DNA of 32,000 nucleotides from Edaphobacter aggregans (GTDB lineage: Bacteria; Acidobacteriota; Terriglobia; Terriglobales; Acidobacteriaceae), in assembly GCF_003945235.1 (NCBI RefSeq), contig NZ_RSDW01000001.1:4110001-4142000 (forward strand). The letters run 5' to 3'. Made by a program: the position numbers and the translations under genes. Shown piece by piece: positions 9,156 to 18,360 of the stretch (position 1 is the stretch's first letter; every line of letters begins with the position of its first letter). Under the pieces are notes generated by a model. That model had not been told where the DNA came from, ran no database searches, and saw nothing but the letters and a program-made list of their open reading frames with translations.

Positions 9156-9545
9156 TTAGTGTCCGGTCTCTTCACTAATGAATTTTTCGTAGTCCGCGGC
9201 CGCAAGCAGTCCATCCAGCTCTGCCGAATTGCTCAGATCAAGCTTCAGCATCCATGTATTGTTTGCATCGGCATTGATCTTCTCCGGCGCATCCTTAAGC
9301 TCTTCATTGATAGCCGTAACCGTTCCGGACACCGGCGAATACAAGTCCGAGACAGCTTTCACTGACTCCACCGATCCGAAGATTTTGTGTGCTTCCAGCG
9401 TATCGCCCACCTTCGGCAGATCGACGAAGACGATATCGCCCAGCGAATTCTGCGCGTAATCCGTTATGCCGACGGTACCCTTCGCGCCGTCAACCTCGAT
9501 CCACTCGTGTTCCTTCGTGTACTTGTAATTGGCAGGATATGACAT
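9156..9545 (-). CDS. gcvH: Glycine cleavage system H protein
   Basis: The product is 129 aa. It contains [12 protein letters not shown] and the lipoyl-lysine motif [15 protein letters not shown]. Confidence 0.95.
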   Translation of the reverse strand: MSYPANYKYTKEHEWIEVDGAKGTVGITDYAQNSLGDIVFVDLPKVGDTLEAHKIFGSVESVKAVSDLYSPVSGTVTAINEELKDAPEKINADANNTWMLKLDLSNSAELDGLLAAADYEKFISEETGH

Positions 9546-9616
9546 GATCTTTGCGTTTTCTCCATCTTCAATTGTAGTGTGTTCAAGCCGGAAATTAGCG
9601 TTGCGACGGGGTCGTT

Positions 9617-9907
9617 TTAGCGTGGCCCAAAACCCGGATAAGGATCGAGCTGCGTCACTACAACAACGTCGAGCATGTCCCGCTTGGCCAGTGGAAGACT
9701 CGCTGCTGCAGCGCGCACCTCATCCTCACTGGCTGCTTCCATAAGAATCGCGGCTCCGGGCATATCTTTTCGCCGCCAGATATTCCGAATGACTCCGGCA
9801 GAATAAAGCTCACGTACCCTTTGTCCCTCAGCTTCAATCAGTTCGGGCGTCCAGGCTTCCGGAGGGAACATCTCCGTACGGCGTCGACTCAAAATGAGAA
9901 ATTGCAA
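9617..9907 (-). CDS. Muconolactone delta-isomerase-like (dimeric alpha/beta-barrel) small protein
   Basis: The TTG start is preceded by AAGGAG with a 5-nt spacer. The 96-aa pattern ...IWRR..MPGAAILMEAASEDEV....LPL.....V.V..L.PYPGF resembles the MIase family as I recall it. Confidence 0.55.
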   Translation of the reverse strand: MQFLILSRRRTEMFPPEAWTPELIEAEGQRVRELYSAGVIRNIWRRKDMPGAAILMEAASEDEVRAAAASLPLAKRDMLDVVVVTQLDPYPGFGPR

Positions 9908-9925
9908 AGCAGCTCCTTGCTATTT

Positions 9926-11059
9926 TTAAAGCGATTTCTTGGGGCGCTTGTAGAAGGGTGTAGGCACAACCTTCGCCTTCACCATCTGACCGCGAATCTC
10001 CACCGCCAGCTCTGTATCCAGCGCGGAGTAATCAACCGGCACATAAGCCAGGGCAATGTTTTTCTTCAAAAACGGCGAAGGCGACCCACTTGTAATTTCA
10101 CCAAGCCGCTCCCCGTTCAGCGAAAACACAGGATACCCATCCCGGCCTATCCCGCGCTCGATCATCTCTAGCCCAACCAGCTTTCTCTTAGGCCCACCCT
10201 CATTTTGAATCGCCAGCAAAGCATCCCGCCCTACGAAGTCTCCCTTATCGAGCTTCGCATACCGCCCCAGTCCCGCCTCAAAGACGTTAATCGTGTCCGA
10301 AATCTCATGCCCATACAGCGCCATGGCCGCCTCAAGCCGCAGCGTATTGCGCGCTCCCAACCCGCAAGCCAGAATTCCGAACTCCTTACCGGCTTCCAGC
10401 ACCTCGCCCCATACCCGAGCACTGGTCGGTTCATCCGAAGGAATGTAGATCTCAAACCCGTCCTCACCCGTGTAGCCAGTCCGCGCGATCATCACATTAT
10501 GCAGCCCACAGACCTGCCCCCAGGTAAACCAGTAATTCTTGATTGGGCTCAAATCTACCGGCGTTAGCTTCTGCAGCGTCTCAGCCGCACGAGGTCCCTG
10601 AATCGCAATCTGCGTGTAGTAGTCGCTGAAGTCGTTAACATGCACGCCAGGCATAGAGCCAATCTGCGACCGAACCCACTGGACATCCTTCTCTCGCGTC
10701 CCAGCATTGATCACAATCAGATAGTCATTATCCGAAAGCTTATGTAGCACCACGTCATCGACAAACGTCCCATTCGGATACAGCATCGCCGAGTAGTGAG
10801 CCTGCCCCACCTGCAGCTTCGAAGCATCGTTCATGCACAGCTTCTGCACTGCCGCCAAAGACCCGGGCCCCCGCAGCTGAATATCTCCCATATGCGAAAC
10901 ATCAAAGACTCCGACGGCAGTACGTACAGCCATATGTTCCGCAGTCAGCCCGCAACAATCCACCGGCATATCCCAGCCGCCAAAGTCAACCATCTTGGAC
11001 TTCGCCGCTCGATGCACCGCATTCAGCGCAGTTTTGCGCAGTGTTCCTGTTTCAGCCAT
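9926..11059 (-). CDS. gcvT: Aminomethyltransferase (glycine cleavage T protein)
   Basis: Motifs [21 protein letters not shown] and the C-terminal barrel are present. The start was moved to ATG at 11059 ([10 protein letters not shown]...). The track start at 11095 adds 12 unlikely residues. Confidence 0.93.
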   Translation of the reverse strand: MAETGTLRKTALNAVHRAAKSKMVDFGGWDMPVDCCGLTAEHMAVRTAVGVFDVSHMGDIQLRGPGSLAAVQKLCMNDASKLQVGQAHYSAMLYPNGTFVDDVVLHKLSDNDYLIVINAGTREKDVQWVRSQIGSMPGVHVNDFSDYYTQIAIQGPRAAETLQKLTPVDLSPIKNYWFTWGQVCGLHNVMIARTGYTGEDGFEIYIPSDEPTSARVWGEVLEAGKEFGILACGLGARNTLRLEAAMALYGHEISDTINVFEAGLGRYAKLDKGDFVGRDALLAIQNEGGPKRKLVGLEMIERGIGRDGYPVFSLNGERLGEITSGSPSPFLKKNIALAYVPVDYSALDTELAVEIRGQMVKAKVVPTPFYKRPKKSL

Positions 11060-11161
11060 ACGATTATTTTCCCTCTGGAAAACATCAACCCGCAATCTTC
11101 AACGATAGCATCCCGCGCACAGAAAAATCCCGCATCCCCAATCCACAGGTCTCGTTCCCGA

Positions 11162-11722
11162 TTACTTCGTAGCCGAACTCGAAGTAGGCGCCCGCAAAGC
11201 AGCCACTTGTTCTTTCAACGCCCCAAACCCTGCATCTGTGACCTTGCCTGAGGTCTGCCATCGCACCTGGCCATCTCCGTCGACAACTAGAACATAGGCA
11301 TCATCGGCGTTCGCATATCGCGCAATCTTTCTCCACTCTGATTCACCGGCGAACATCGGCATAAAATGCACTAGCTCCGACTCCGGCACTCCTGATCTGA
11401 TCGATTTCACCACCATGCCTCGGATCAACTTCGGCACCGACTCCAGTACTGGCATCTGGTAGTACATCACTCCGCTGGACGCTGGATAACTAGCCGCCAA
11501 TCGCTGTCCCCAACCTTTACATACATCGCCCGAGCTCTTGGAGAAGCCAAGCACCAGCACACCGACTCTACCTCGCAGATCATCTGGTAACGTGACCTGC
11601 GTGCCCGACAACGTGGTCCCATGTGTCACTGGGATCCGCGAACTCTGCGACTGGGCCCCAGCCAAACCTCCGCCCAGCAAAGCCATGGCAAGAACAAGCT
11701 GTCCCCAAACAAGTCGCATCAA
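11162..11722 (-). CDS. Secreted hypothetical protein, possibly thioredoxin-like fold without a CxxC motif
   Basis: A signal peptide MMRLVWGQLVLAMALLGGGLAGAQ is present. GRVGVLVLGFSKSSGDVC...YVLVVDGDGQVRW resembles the TlpA/AhpC-like layout, but only one Cys is present. The fold call is weak. Confidence 0.6.
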   Translation of the reverse strand: MMRLVWGQLVLAMALLGGGLAGAQSQSSRIPVTHGTTLSGTQVTLPDDLRGRVGVLVLGFSKSSGDVCKGWGQRLAASYPASSGVMYYQMPVLESVPKLIRGMVVKSIRSGVPESELVHFMPMFAGESEWRKIARYANADDAYVLVVDGDGQVRWQTSGKVTDAGFGALKEQVAALRAPTSSSATK

Positions 11723-11742
11723 AACACCCCAGTCAGAATCGA

Positions 11743-13359
11743 CTACACCACAACTGTCTCCCGATACTCTCCAAAAACCTGTCGCAGCACATCCGCAATC
11801 TCCCCCACCGTCGCATAGCTCTCCACTGCCCTTAAAATCAGTGGCATCAGGTTTTCCCCGCCCCGAGCAGCATCCTCGACCCGACGCAGCGCCGCCGCAT
11901 GAATCCCCGCTTCCCGCCGCATCCGCAGAGCCCGTACCCGTTCCACCTGCCGCCCCTCCAGAGCCTCATCAACGCGCTGGATCGGCACCGCAACCTCATC
12001 GCGGGTGAACTCATTGACCCCAACAACGACGGCCTCCTTCTCATCTACAGCCCGCTGATAAGCATAAGCCGCATTCTGAATCTCCCGCTGCACATACCCC
12101 TGCTCGATCGCACGCAACATTCCGTACTTTCCATCGCGATCGAACTCTGCAATCGTCGTCATGTACTCATCCGCGCGCCGCTCGATCTCATTCGTCAGCG
12201 ACTCCACATAGTACGATCCCGCCAGCGGATCCACCGTCTGCACCACGCCGCTCTCATACGCCAGAATCTGCTGCGTCCTCAGAGCAATCCGTGCCGCCTG
12301 TTCCGTAGGCAACGCTAACGCCTCGTCGAATCCATTCGTATGCAGCGACTGAGTCCCACCCAACACCGCCGCCAGCCCCTGCAGCGTCGTCCTCACGATA
12401 TTGTTCTCCGGCTGCTGAGCCGTCAGCGTCGACCCCGCCGTCTGCGTATGAAACCGCAGCATCCAGCTCCGCGCATTCTTCGCACCAAAATGATCCCGCA
12501 TAATCCGAGCCCACATCCGGCGCGCCGCGCGAAACTTCGCCACCTCTTCCAGCAGATTGTTATGCGAGTTGAAAAAGAAACTCAGCCGCGGAGCAAAGGC
12601 ATCCACATCCAGCCCAGCATCAATTGCCGCCTGCACGTACGTCATACCATTGGCCAGCGTAAACGCCACCTCCTGCACCGCCGTGCACCCAGCCTCGCGC
12701 ATGTGATAACCCGAGATCGAAATCGTGTTCCACTCCGGAACCTCATCTGCCGCCCATGCAAAGATATCCGTCACCAGCCGCATCGCATGGCGCACCGGAT
12801 AGATATACGTCCCCCGCGCAATGTACTCCTTCAAAATATCGTTTTGAATCGTCCCGTTTAGCCTCTTCACCTCCGCACCCTGACGTCGCGCCACCGCAAC
12901 GTACAGCGCCAGCAGAATCGAAGCCGTTGCATTGATCGTCATCGAAGTCGAGATGGCATCTAGTCGGATCCCATCGAACAGCCGCTCCATGTCCTCGATC
13001 GAATCAATCGCAACTCCGACCTTCCCCACCTCGCCCAGCGCCAACGGCGAATCCGAGTCATACCCAATCTGCGTCGGCAGATCGAACGCCACAGAGAGCC
13101 CTTTCGTCCCATGCCCCAGAAGAAATTTATATCGCCGGTTCGACTCCTCCGCATCGCCCATCCCGGCATACTGACGCATCGTCCAAAGCCGCCCGCGATA
13201 CATCGTCGGCTGAATCCCACGCGTAAACGGATAAGCCCCCGGCTCCCCGACCTCGGCAGCAAAGTCGAACCCATCAACTCCGTCGGGCCCCTTCAAGCTC
13301 TCCGGCCCATAGACAAGCTCAACAGGGATTCCGGAACTGGTTTTAGGTCTCTCTGACAT
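11743..13359 (-). CDS. Methylmalonyl-CoA mutase family protein, catalytic (substrate-binding barrel) subunit only
   Basis: Motifs [35 protein letters not shown] and [20 protein letters not shown] are present. The 538-aa product ends before any DxHxxG B12-binding domain. Confidence 0.9.
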   Translation of the reverse strand: MSERPKTSSGIPVELVYGPESLKGPDGVDGFDFAAEVGEPGAYPFTRGIQPTMYRGRLWTMRQYAGMGDAEESNRRYKFLLGHGTKGLSVAFDLPTQIGYDSDSPLALGEVGKVGVAIDSIEDMERLFDGIRLDAISTSMTINATASILLALYVAVARRQGAEVKRLNGTIQNDILKEYIARGTYIYPVRHAMRLVTDIFAWAADEVPEWNTISISGYHMREAGCTAVQEVAFTLANGMTYVQAAIDAGLDVDAFAPRLSFFFNSHNNLLEEVAKFRAARRMWARIMRDHFGAKNARSWMLRFHTQTAGSTLTAQQPENNIVRTTLQGLAAVLGGTQSLHTNGFDEALALPTEQAARIALRTQQILAYESGVVQTVDPLAGSYYVESLTNEIERRADEYMTTIAEFDRDGKYGMLRAIEQGYVQREIQNAAYAYQRAVDEKEAVVVGVNEFTRDEVAVPIQRVDEALEGRQVERVRALRMRREAGIHAAALRRVEDAARGGENLMPLILRAVESYATVGEIADVLRQVFGEYRETVVV

Positions 13360-13390
13360 GACGCTGTAGTGTAACCGGTAGCATCAACCC

Positions 13391-14194
13391 CTAGCGTCCG
13401 CGCCCTTTGCGCCTTGCCCGCAAAAAGCTGCTGACAAAAAAATACCCAAACCCAACCGCCACCCCACTCAAGACCAGCAAATGCACATGATCGTCATGGT
13501 TCGCCGCTGTCTCATGCAGGCTTCCTCGTAGCTTCCAGGCACCCGTCGCAGCAAACAGCGCAAAGATACCGAAGAATACCCCCGTAAACTCCAGCCAGAG
13601 AACCCCCGACAGCTTCGTGAAGTTCCCCCAGACCGTCTCGCCAAACCGTTTACCGCCTCGTGCCAGACCCTCTTTGTTCTGGAGCACTTGAGCAGTCGCC
13701 TTAGCGGCCTGATCCACCAACCTACCAGCAGTAGCCGATCCCGTCGCCGTAGCCTTCTCCGGCGCTGCTCCCGCCTTGGCCTGCGCTGCCCCAGCCGAAG
13801 GATTAGGCGAAGTCGCCGCATCTACGGCAGTTACCAGCGTCTTTGCAGCCGCACGGGCTCCTACACCAAGCGCACGACCGAAGCGAACCGAGTCCATACC
13901 CAAAAGTGTAGCCCGTCGTCGGCCCTTGCGATAGTTCCAAACTCGAATCAACGCCATCGCACTTACCTGCATCCAATCCTCTGTCAGCAGTAAACGGGCC
14001 CCGGCAGGGAGGCGAACGCTATGAAGAATCTTGCCCTGGTTGTCTGTGATTTTTGCGCCGCCGCCGTAGGCCTCGTGGTCTGGAGTCCCGCCCGCACACG
14101 TTCCGTCAACGAGTTGGCCTACCGTCTCGAAGTAGCCCGGACCCACCACCATAGGGTCGTCTAGCTCGGTACATTTCAACAATTCAAATGTCAT
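13391..14194 (-). CDS. Hypothetical membrane protein (soluble N-domain, Ala-rich linker, two C-terminal TM helices)
   Basis: The start was chosen at ATG 14194 (MTFELLK...). The 314-aa track form would run across the divergent gene start. TM segments are VLWLEFTGVFFGIFALFAATGAW and LLVLSGVAVGFGYFFVSSF. There is no clear SD, so the start is uncertain. Confidence 0.6.
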   Translation of the reverse strand: MTFELLKCTELDDPMVVGPGYFETVGQLVDGTCAGGTPDHEAYGGGAKITDNQGKILHSVRLPAGARLLLTEDWMQVSAMALIRVWNYRKGRRRATLLGMDSVRFGRALGVGARAAAKTLVTAVDAATSPNPSAGAAQAKAGAAPEKATATGSATAGRLVDQAAKATAQVLQNKEGLARGGKRFGETVWGNFTKLSGVLWLEFTGVFFGIFALFAATGAWKLRGSLHETAANHDDHVHLLVLSGVAVGFGYFFVSSFLRARRKGRGR

Positions 14195-14320
14195 TGCAGC
14201 CGGTAGAAGCCGGGCGTATCCTGTATCCAGTAATCGCCGTACCCGCAATGCCGTTCCCGCCGGTCTTGTTGGCCGGGAATACCCGATGCGCGGTGGATGC
14301 ATACATAGGGAAGCCCGGAG

Positions 14321-14626
14321 GTGGCATTGAATCAAAACGTCAAAAACCTTATCCAGAAGTTAGGCGAAGCGATCCACGAGTCTGTCTCAGAGTCTGAAGA
14401 CATCGCTGGCGTCGTCAAAAACATTCGCGAACAAGGCTTTGATGTCCTCCTTATGCTCGAGGCCACCATCGGCCTGAACGAGGTCGAACCGGAGACTGGC
14501 GAAGCTGCGGAGACCTCAGATGAAACCAAAGAGGGCCCGTTCACCCAGAGCGACCTGACCTTCCTGAAATCCCTGCGTATCAGCCTCACCGAAGAAACCT
14601 CAGAGATTCCAGAACCGGAAGAATAA
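14321..14626 (+). CDS. Hypothetical small acidic protein
   Basis: The product is 101 aa. It starts at GTG 14321 or TTG 14327, next to GGAGGTG. It has an amphipathic N-terminal half and a Glu/Thr-rich C-terminal half. I recognise no family. Confidence 0.55.
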   Translation: MALNQNVKNLIQKLGEAIHESVSESEDIAGVVKNIREQGFDVLLMLEATIGLNEVEPETGEAAETSDETKEGPFTQSDLTFLKSLRISLTEETSEIPEPEE

Positions 14627-14649
14627 GCCGCCGCCCGTCACCACCCGAG

Positions 14650-14678
14650 GCCCAGCATCCACCGTTGGGCTTCTGTTC
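14650..14678 (+). terminator. Candidate intrinsic terminator after the small acidic ORF
   Basis: The stem is GCCCAGC-ATCCACC-GTTGGGC (7 bp including one G-U). It is followed by TTCTGTTCC. Confidence 0.4.
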
Positions 14679-14817
14679 CTTCCTGCCTGCCTCTGGACCG
14701 CGAAAGATCACAAAATCAATCTGATCGTGGTAGACTCGCGTTTCTCGTGAGACACGCCTAATCTTTGGTGCATCCGAGAAAAGTGACTCTAAGTTAAAGG
14801 TTCGAGGTGGTCGGGTT

Positions 14818-16083
14818 ATGAGAGATACGCTTGGAGTTCTACTAGCCGGCGGAGCCGGAGAAAGACTATTCCCCCTAACCCGAGACCGCGCCAAGCCAGC
14901 CGTTCCCTTCGCCGGCCAGTACCGCATCATCGACATCACTCTCTCGAACTGCATCAACTCCGATCTGCGCCACGTCTACATCCTCACGCAATACAAGGCT
15001 TTATCCCTCAACCGCCACATCCGCGAAGGCTGGGGCCCGGTTGTCGCCAACGAGCTCGGTGAGTTCATCGAAATCCTGCCCCCCATGCAGCGCGTCTCCA
15101 AGAGCTGGTACCAGGGCACCGCCGACGCCGTCTACCAGAACATCTACTCCATCGGCTCTGAGGAGCCCAAATACGTCCTCATCCTCTCCGGCGACCACAT
15201 CTACAAGATGAACTACGGCCTCATGCTCAAGCAACATCAGGACTCCGGCGCCGACGTTACCCTCGCGACCCTTCCGATCGCCCCCAGCGAGGTCTCCGCC
15301 TTCGGTGTCGTAGAAGTAGCCCGTAACGGCGAAGTCACCGGCTTTGAGGAGAAACCCAAGGAAACCAGAATCCGCTCCCCCTTCAACCCCGAGATGGTAG
15401 ACGTCTCCATGGGCATCTATCTCTTCAACACCGACGTCCTCCTGCCCGAACTCCTCAAGGACGCCGAAGATCCCGACTCCAAACACGACTTCGGCCACGA
15501 CATCCTGCCCAAGATCCTCGGCCGCTTCAAGATGCACGCCTACAACTTCGTCGACGAGAACCGCCAGAAGGCACTGTACTGGCGCGACGTCGGCACGCTT
15601 GAGGCCTACTACGAGGCCAACATGGACGTTGCCAGCGTCTCCCCTACCTTCAACCTCTACGACAAGTCCTGGCCAATGCGAACCCGCCCCTACCAGTACC
15701 CGCCCGCCAAGTTCGTCTTCGGCGAGCCCGGTCGCACCGGCATGGCCATCAACTCCATCGTCTGCGCCGGCTCCATCGTCTCAGGTGCCGTCGTCCGCAA
15801 CTCTGTCGTCTCGCAGGACGTCCGCGTCAACTCCTACGCCGACGTCGACTCCAGCATTGTCTTCTCCCACGTCAACATCGGTCGCCACTGCCGCATCCGT
15901 CACGCCATCATCGACCGCGACGTCCACATCCCCGACGGCACCGTCATCGGCTACGACGCTACCGAAGACAAGAAGAACTATTTCGTCTCCGCCAGCGGCC
16001 TCACCGTCGTCACCCGCGACTACTCCGTCTACGAGAACCCCGTCTCACCAGACTTCCTCCAGCAAGGAACTCACTGGTCATAG
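14818..16083 (+). CDS. glgC: Glucose-1-phosphate adenylyltransferase
   Basis: The ATG follows GAGGTGG. The motif LAGGAGERLFPLTRDRAKPAVPFAGQYRIID is present. The 421-aa product has a C-terminal left-handed beta-helix region. Confidence 0.95.
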   Translation: MRDTLGVLLAGGAGERLFPLTRDRAKPAVPFAGQYRIIDITLSNCINSDLRHVYILTQYKALSLNRHIREGWGPVVANELGEFIEILPPMQRVSKSWYQGTADAVYQNIYSIGSEEPKYVLILSGDHIYKMNYGLMLKQHQDSGADVTLATLPIAPSEVSAFGVVEVARNGEVTGFEEKPKETRIRSPFNPEMVDVSMGIYLFNTDVLLPELLKDAEDPDSKHDFGHDILPKILGRFKMHAYNFVDENRQKALYWRDVGTLEAYYEANMDVASVSPTFNLYDKSWPMRTRPYQYPPAKFVFGEPGRTGMAINSIVCAGSIVSGAVVRNSVVSQDVRVNSYADVDSSIVFSHVNIGRHCRIRHAIIDRDVHIPDGTVIGYDATEDKKNYFVSASGLTVVTRDYSVYENPVSPDFLQQGTHWS

Positions 16084-16120
16084 AAGCAAGCAAAGAAAAG
16101 TCGCAGCAAGCAAAGAAAAC

Positions 16121-16147
16121 GGGCGGAGAGGTCTTATCTCTCTGCCC
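16121..16147. terminator. Bidirectional intrinsic terminator between convergent glgC and the OMP gene
   Basis: The hairpin is GGGCGGAGAG-GTCTTAT-CTCTCTGCCC (10 bp, one G-U). T-rich runs flank it on both strands: ATTTCTATCTGCATTTGTTTTTTT on plus and GTTTTCTTTGC on minus. It is preceded by a 14-nt direct repeat GCAAGCAAAGAAAA at 16086-16099 and 16106-16119. Confidence 0.7.
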
Positions 16148-16171
16148 ATTTCTATCTGCATTTGTTTTTTT

Positions 16172-16205
16172 GATCGGTGCAATCGGTGTAGATCGGCGTT
16201 AAGTC
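16172..16205 (+). repeat. ATCGGTG-triplet element, copy A (GATCGGTGCAATCGGTGTAGATCGGCGTTAAGTC)
   Basis: Three heptamers are spaced 9 and 10 nt apart. The architecture is near-identical to the copy at 22891-22924 and to half of the element at 28483-28560. Confidence 0.85.
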
Positions 16206-16229
16206 TTCTCCTCAGGCCAATACAAAACC

Positions 16230-16970
16230 CTACCGCTTCCCAAACCGATAAACCACACCACCCGAGATCGCAAAAAACTCCCGCGTGTTCAACCCAAAGT
16301 TTTCCAGAATCAAATCCGGCGAAAACCGAACCGCCCAATTCTTCTTCACATTGAAATCGACGCTTCCACCCAGTGCCACGACCAACGCCGTCCGGTTCGT
16401 GTACAGGCCGAGCAACGGCAGAGCCGTCGGCGGAACATTCCCCGTACTGTGCGTGAAATTACCAAACGCCGGACCCGCATACGCGTGATAGTTGATCGCC
16501 GCATAGTGGTTCTTCGGCCCGCGATACTGAGCGCCAAACAGAGCCATCTGCATCGAAACCAACGGCCGGTTCGTAACAAAGGGATTCGCACGCACCGGCG
16601 TGTTACCCCACTCGCCGCGCCACTGAGCGCCCACGCCCAGCTTTGGCGTGACCCAGTACGTTCCCAGAACCTCGCCGCCGCCCATGTTCACGCGCTTCGG
16701 CAGGTCTTGTCCCGCCATGAAGTTCATGAAGTTGGCGCCGCCATAGATCTCATACTTGTTGTCGTAGGTCACCGGAGCCGACGGGCCGATCTTGCTCTTA
16801 CCCGTTGGTGTTGCCTGCGCCATCGCCCGTCCCGCACCCGCCAGCAGCATCACCGCCGCCAGCATCCCAGTCACTGCGCGGATCCCGTTCTTCCGCGCCC
16901 CCGTCGTCTTCTGCTGCAACACCATTCCCCGCATCTTCTTGTCCAACATCTTCTCCTGCGTTTCGGTCAC
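16230..16970 (-). CDS. Outer-membrane beta-barrel protein (OmpA-beta/OmpW-like small porin)
   Basis: The signal peptide is ...GMLAAVMLLAGAGRAMAQA. Alternating beta-strand patterns are present, and the C-terminus is GGVVYRFGKR. Several in-frame ATGs (M1, M8, M13, M16) leave the start uncertain. Confidence 0.75.
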   Translation of the reverse strand: MTETQEKMLDKKMRGMVLQQKTTGARKNGIRAVTGMLAAVMLLAGAGRAMAQATPTGKSKIGPSAPVTYDNKYEIYGGANFMNFMAGQDLPKRVNMGGGEVLGTYWVTPKLGVGAQWRGEWGNTPVRANPFVTNRPLVSMQMALFGAQYRGPKNHYAAINYHAYAGPAFGNFTHSTGNVPPTALPLLGLYTNRTALVVALGGSVDFNVKKNWAVRFSPDLILENFGLNTREFFAISGGVVYRFGKR

Positions 16971-17098
16971 TTATCCAAGATATAACGTCTGGAGCCCATC
17001 TGCCCCGTCCTTAGCAACGTATCTGCTAGTAGATCGCAGCTGTGCGACAATAGGGGGAGTGCCGGTCGGTACAAGTCCCGGCTGCAGGGAGAATTTAT

Positions 17099-17308
17099 AT
17101 GGGCGATCTATTTCAACCTTGGCATCTCATCATGATTGCGATCATCGTGGTGGTTTTTTTCGGTGGCAAGAAGCTGCCTGAACTCGGCAAAGGGCTCGGC
17201 GAAGGACTTCGCGGCTTCAAGGACGGCATGAAGGGCGTTACCGATGAGGTCAACAAGCCTGCTGACACGCACGCCGTGACTCCAAAGCCTGAAGAATCAG
17301 TCAAGTAA
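17099..17308 (+). CDS. tatA: Twin-arginine translocase subunit TatA/E
   Basis: The 69-aa product has one TM segment followed by the amphipathic motif FGGKKLPELGKGLGEGLRGFKDGM. Confidence 0.9.
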   Translation: MGDLFQPWHLIMIAIIVVVFFGGKKLPELGKGLGEGLRGFKDGMKGVTDEVNKPADTHAVTPKPEESVK

Positions 17309-17395
17309 TCCGCTCATTCCTAAACGGAATATCGGTGATTCAGCGCCGCGCTCTCTTCTTGTGTCGTCCGGTTCCATCGAGGCCAGACCAACAGC

Positions 17396-18202
17396 ATGAA
17401 ATTGAAGTCGCCGTACCTGATCAAACCACACGCGGCAGTCAAACTGTCGCGTCTTTCCACCGATGAAACCGGCGGCTTCGAGACCGACACCGCTGCCGCC
17501 GCCGTCCTCACAAAACACCGCGAACAACTAGCCAACCTCCAGGAAGTCTTCTACGCCAGCCAGAAGAAGGCCCTGCTCATCGTCCTCCAGGGCATGGACA
17601 CAGCAGGCAAAGACGGCACCATCCGCCACATCTTCTCAGGCATCAACCCTCAAGGCTGTGACGTAGCGCCCTTCAAAGTCCCCACGCCCATCGAAGCCCG
17701 CCACGACTTTCTCTGGCGCGTCCACGCCCAGGTCCCCCCGCGCGGCATGATCCAGATCTTCAACCGCTCACACTACGAGGACGTCCTCGCTCCCCGCGTC
17801 CACAAGCTCATCTCGCCCAAAACCGTCCGCCGCCGCCTCGAAGACATCAACGAATTCGAAGCCATGCTCGTCGACAACGATGTCATCATCCTCAAATTCT
17901 TTCTCCACATCTCTCAAAAAGAGCAGACCGCCCGCCTCCAGTCCCGCATTGACGACCCCGACAAACACTGGAAGTTGGCTGAGGGAGACTTCAAAGAGCG
18001 CGAGTTCTGGCCCCAATACGAAGAGGCCTACAACGACCTCATCCCCGCCACCAGCAAAAAGCACGCCCCCTGGTTCATCATCCCCTCCGACCGCAAGTGG
18101 TACCGCAACGTAGCGATCTCCCAAATCCTCGTCGACGCCATGAAGAGCCTAAAGCTCGAATACCCTCCACCCACCATGGACCCCACCAAAATCAAGCTCT
18201 AG
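17396..18202 (+). CDS. ppk2: Polyphosphate kinase 2 family protein (single-domain PPK2)
   Basis: The P-loop is LQGMDTAGKDGTI. Also present are DFLWR, FNRSHYEDV and a PPK2 lid-like region. The product is 268 aa. Confidence 0.9.
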   Translation: MKLKSPYLIKPHAAVKLSRLSTDETGGFETDTAAAAVLTKHREQLANLQEVFYASQKKALLIVLQGMDTAGKDGTIRHIFSGINPQGCDVAPFKVPTPIEARHDFLWRVHAQVPPRGMIQIFNRSHYEDVLAPRVHKLISPKTVRRRLEDINEFEAMLVDNDVIILKFFLHISQKEQTARLQSRIDDPDKHWKLAEGDFKEREFWPQYEEAYNDLIPATSKKHAPWFIIPSDRKWYRNVAISQILVDAMKSLKLEYPPPTMDPTKIKL

Positions 18203-18207
18203 CCTGT

Positions 18208-18335
18208 GCCGTTGCCGTTGTCGTTGCTTTTCTTGTTGTCATCCCGTAGGGATCTGCTGTTGCCTTTGTCTTTGCTCGTCATTCTGAGCGCAGCGAAGAA
18301 TCCCTGTATTTCCGAGGGGAGCGAAGCGACCCGAG
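18208..18335 (+). repeat. Composite modular intergenic repeat, copy 1, with modules in the order b-c-a(-d)
   Basis: Module b is GCCGTTGCCGTTGTCGTTGC. Module c is GTCATCCCGTAGGGATCTGCTGTTGCCTTTGTCTTTGC. Module a is GTCATTCTGAGCGCAGCGAAGAATCCCTG. All three recur at 22767-22884 in a different order. Confidence 0.85.
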
Positions 18336-18360
18336 TGCTGTTGTCGCGTTTAGTACCCCG

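Noticed and set aside
11060-11161. Possible glycine riboswitch upstream of gcvT
   Set aside because: I read the minus strand of the 100-nt leader. The conserved glycine-aptamer cores (GGAGAG ... CCGAAGG.GCAA ... CUCAGGCAAAAGGAC-like) are not present. A cmsearch with Rfam RF00504 would settle it.
13360-13390. Possible cobalamin riboswitch upstream of the mutase gene
   Set aside because: Only 31 nt separate it from the upstream gene, which is far too short for a B12 aptamer.
16172-16205. ATCGGTG repeats considered as a CRISPR array
   Set aside because: The repeat unit is only 7 nt with 2-3-nt spacers and three units per locus. This is incompatible with CRISPR architecture, and there are no cas genes in the window.
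15599-16354. 251-aa Pro/Ser/Thr-rich ORF on the plus strand
   Set aside because: It is an out-of-frame overlap with the 3' half of glgC and runs through the terminator and repeat region. The compositional artefact comes from C-rich sequence.
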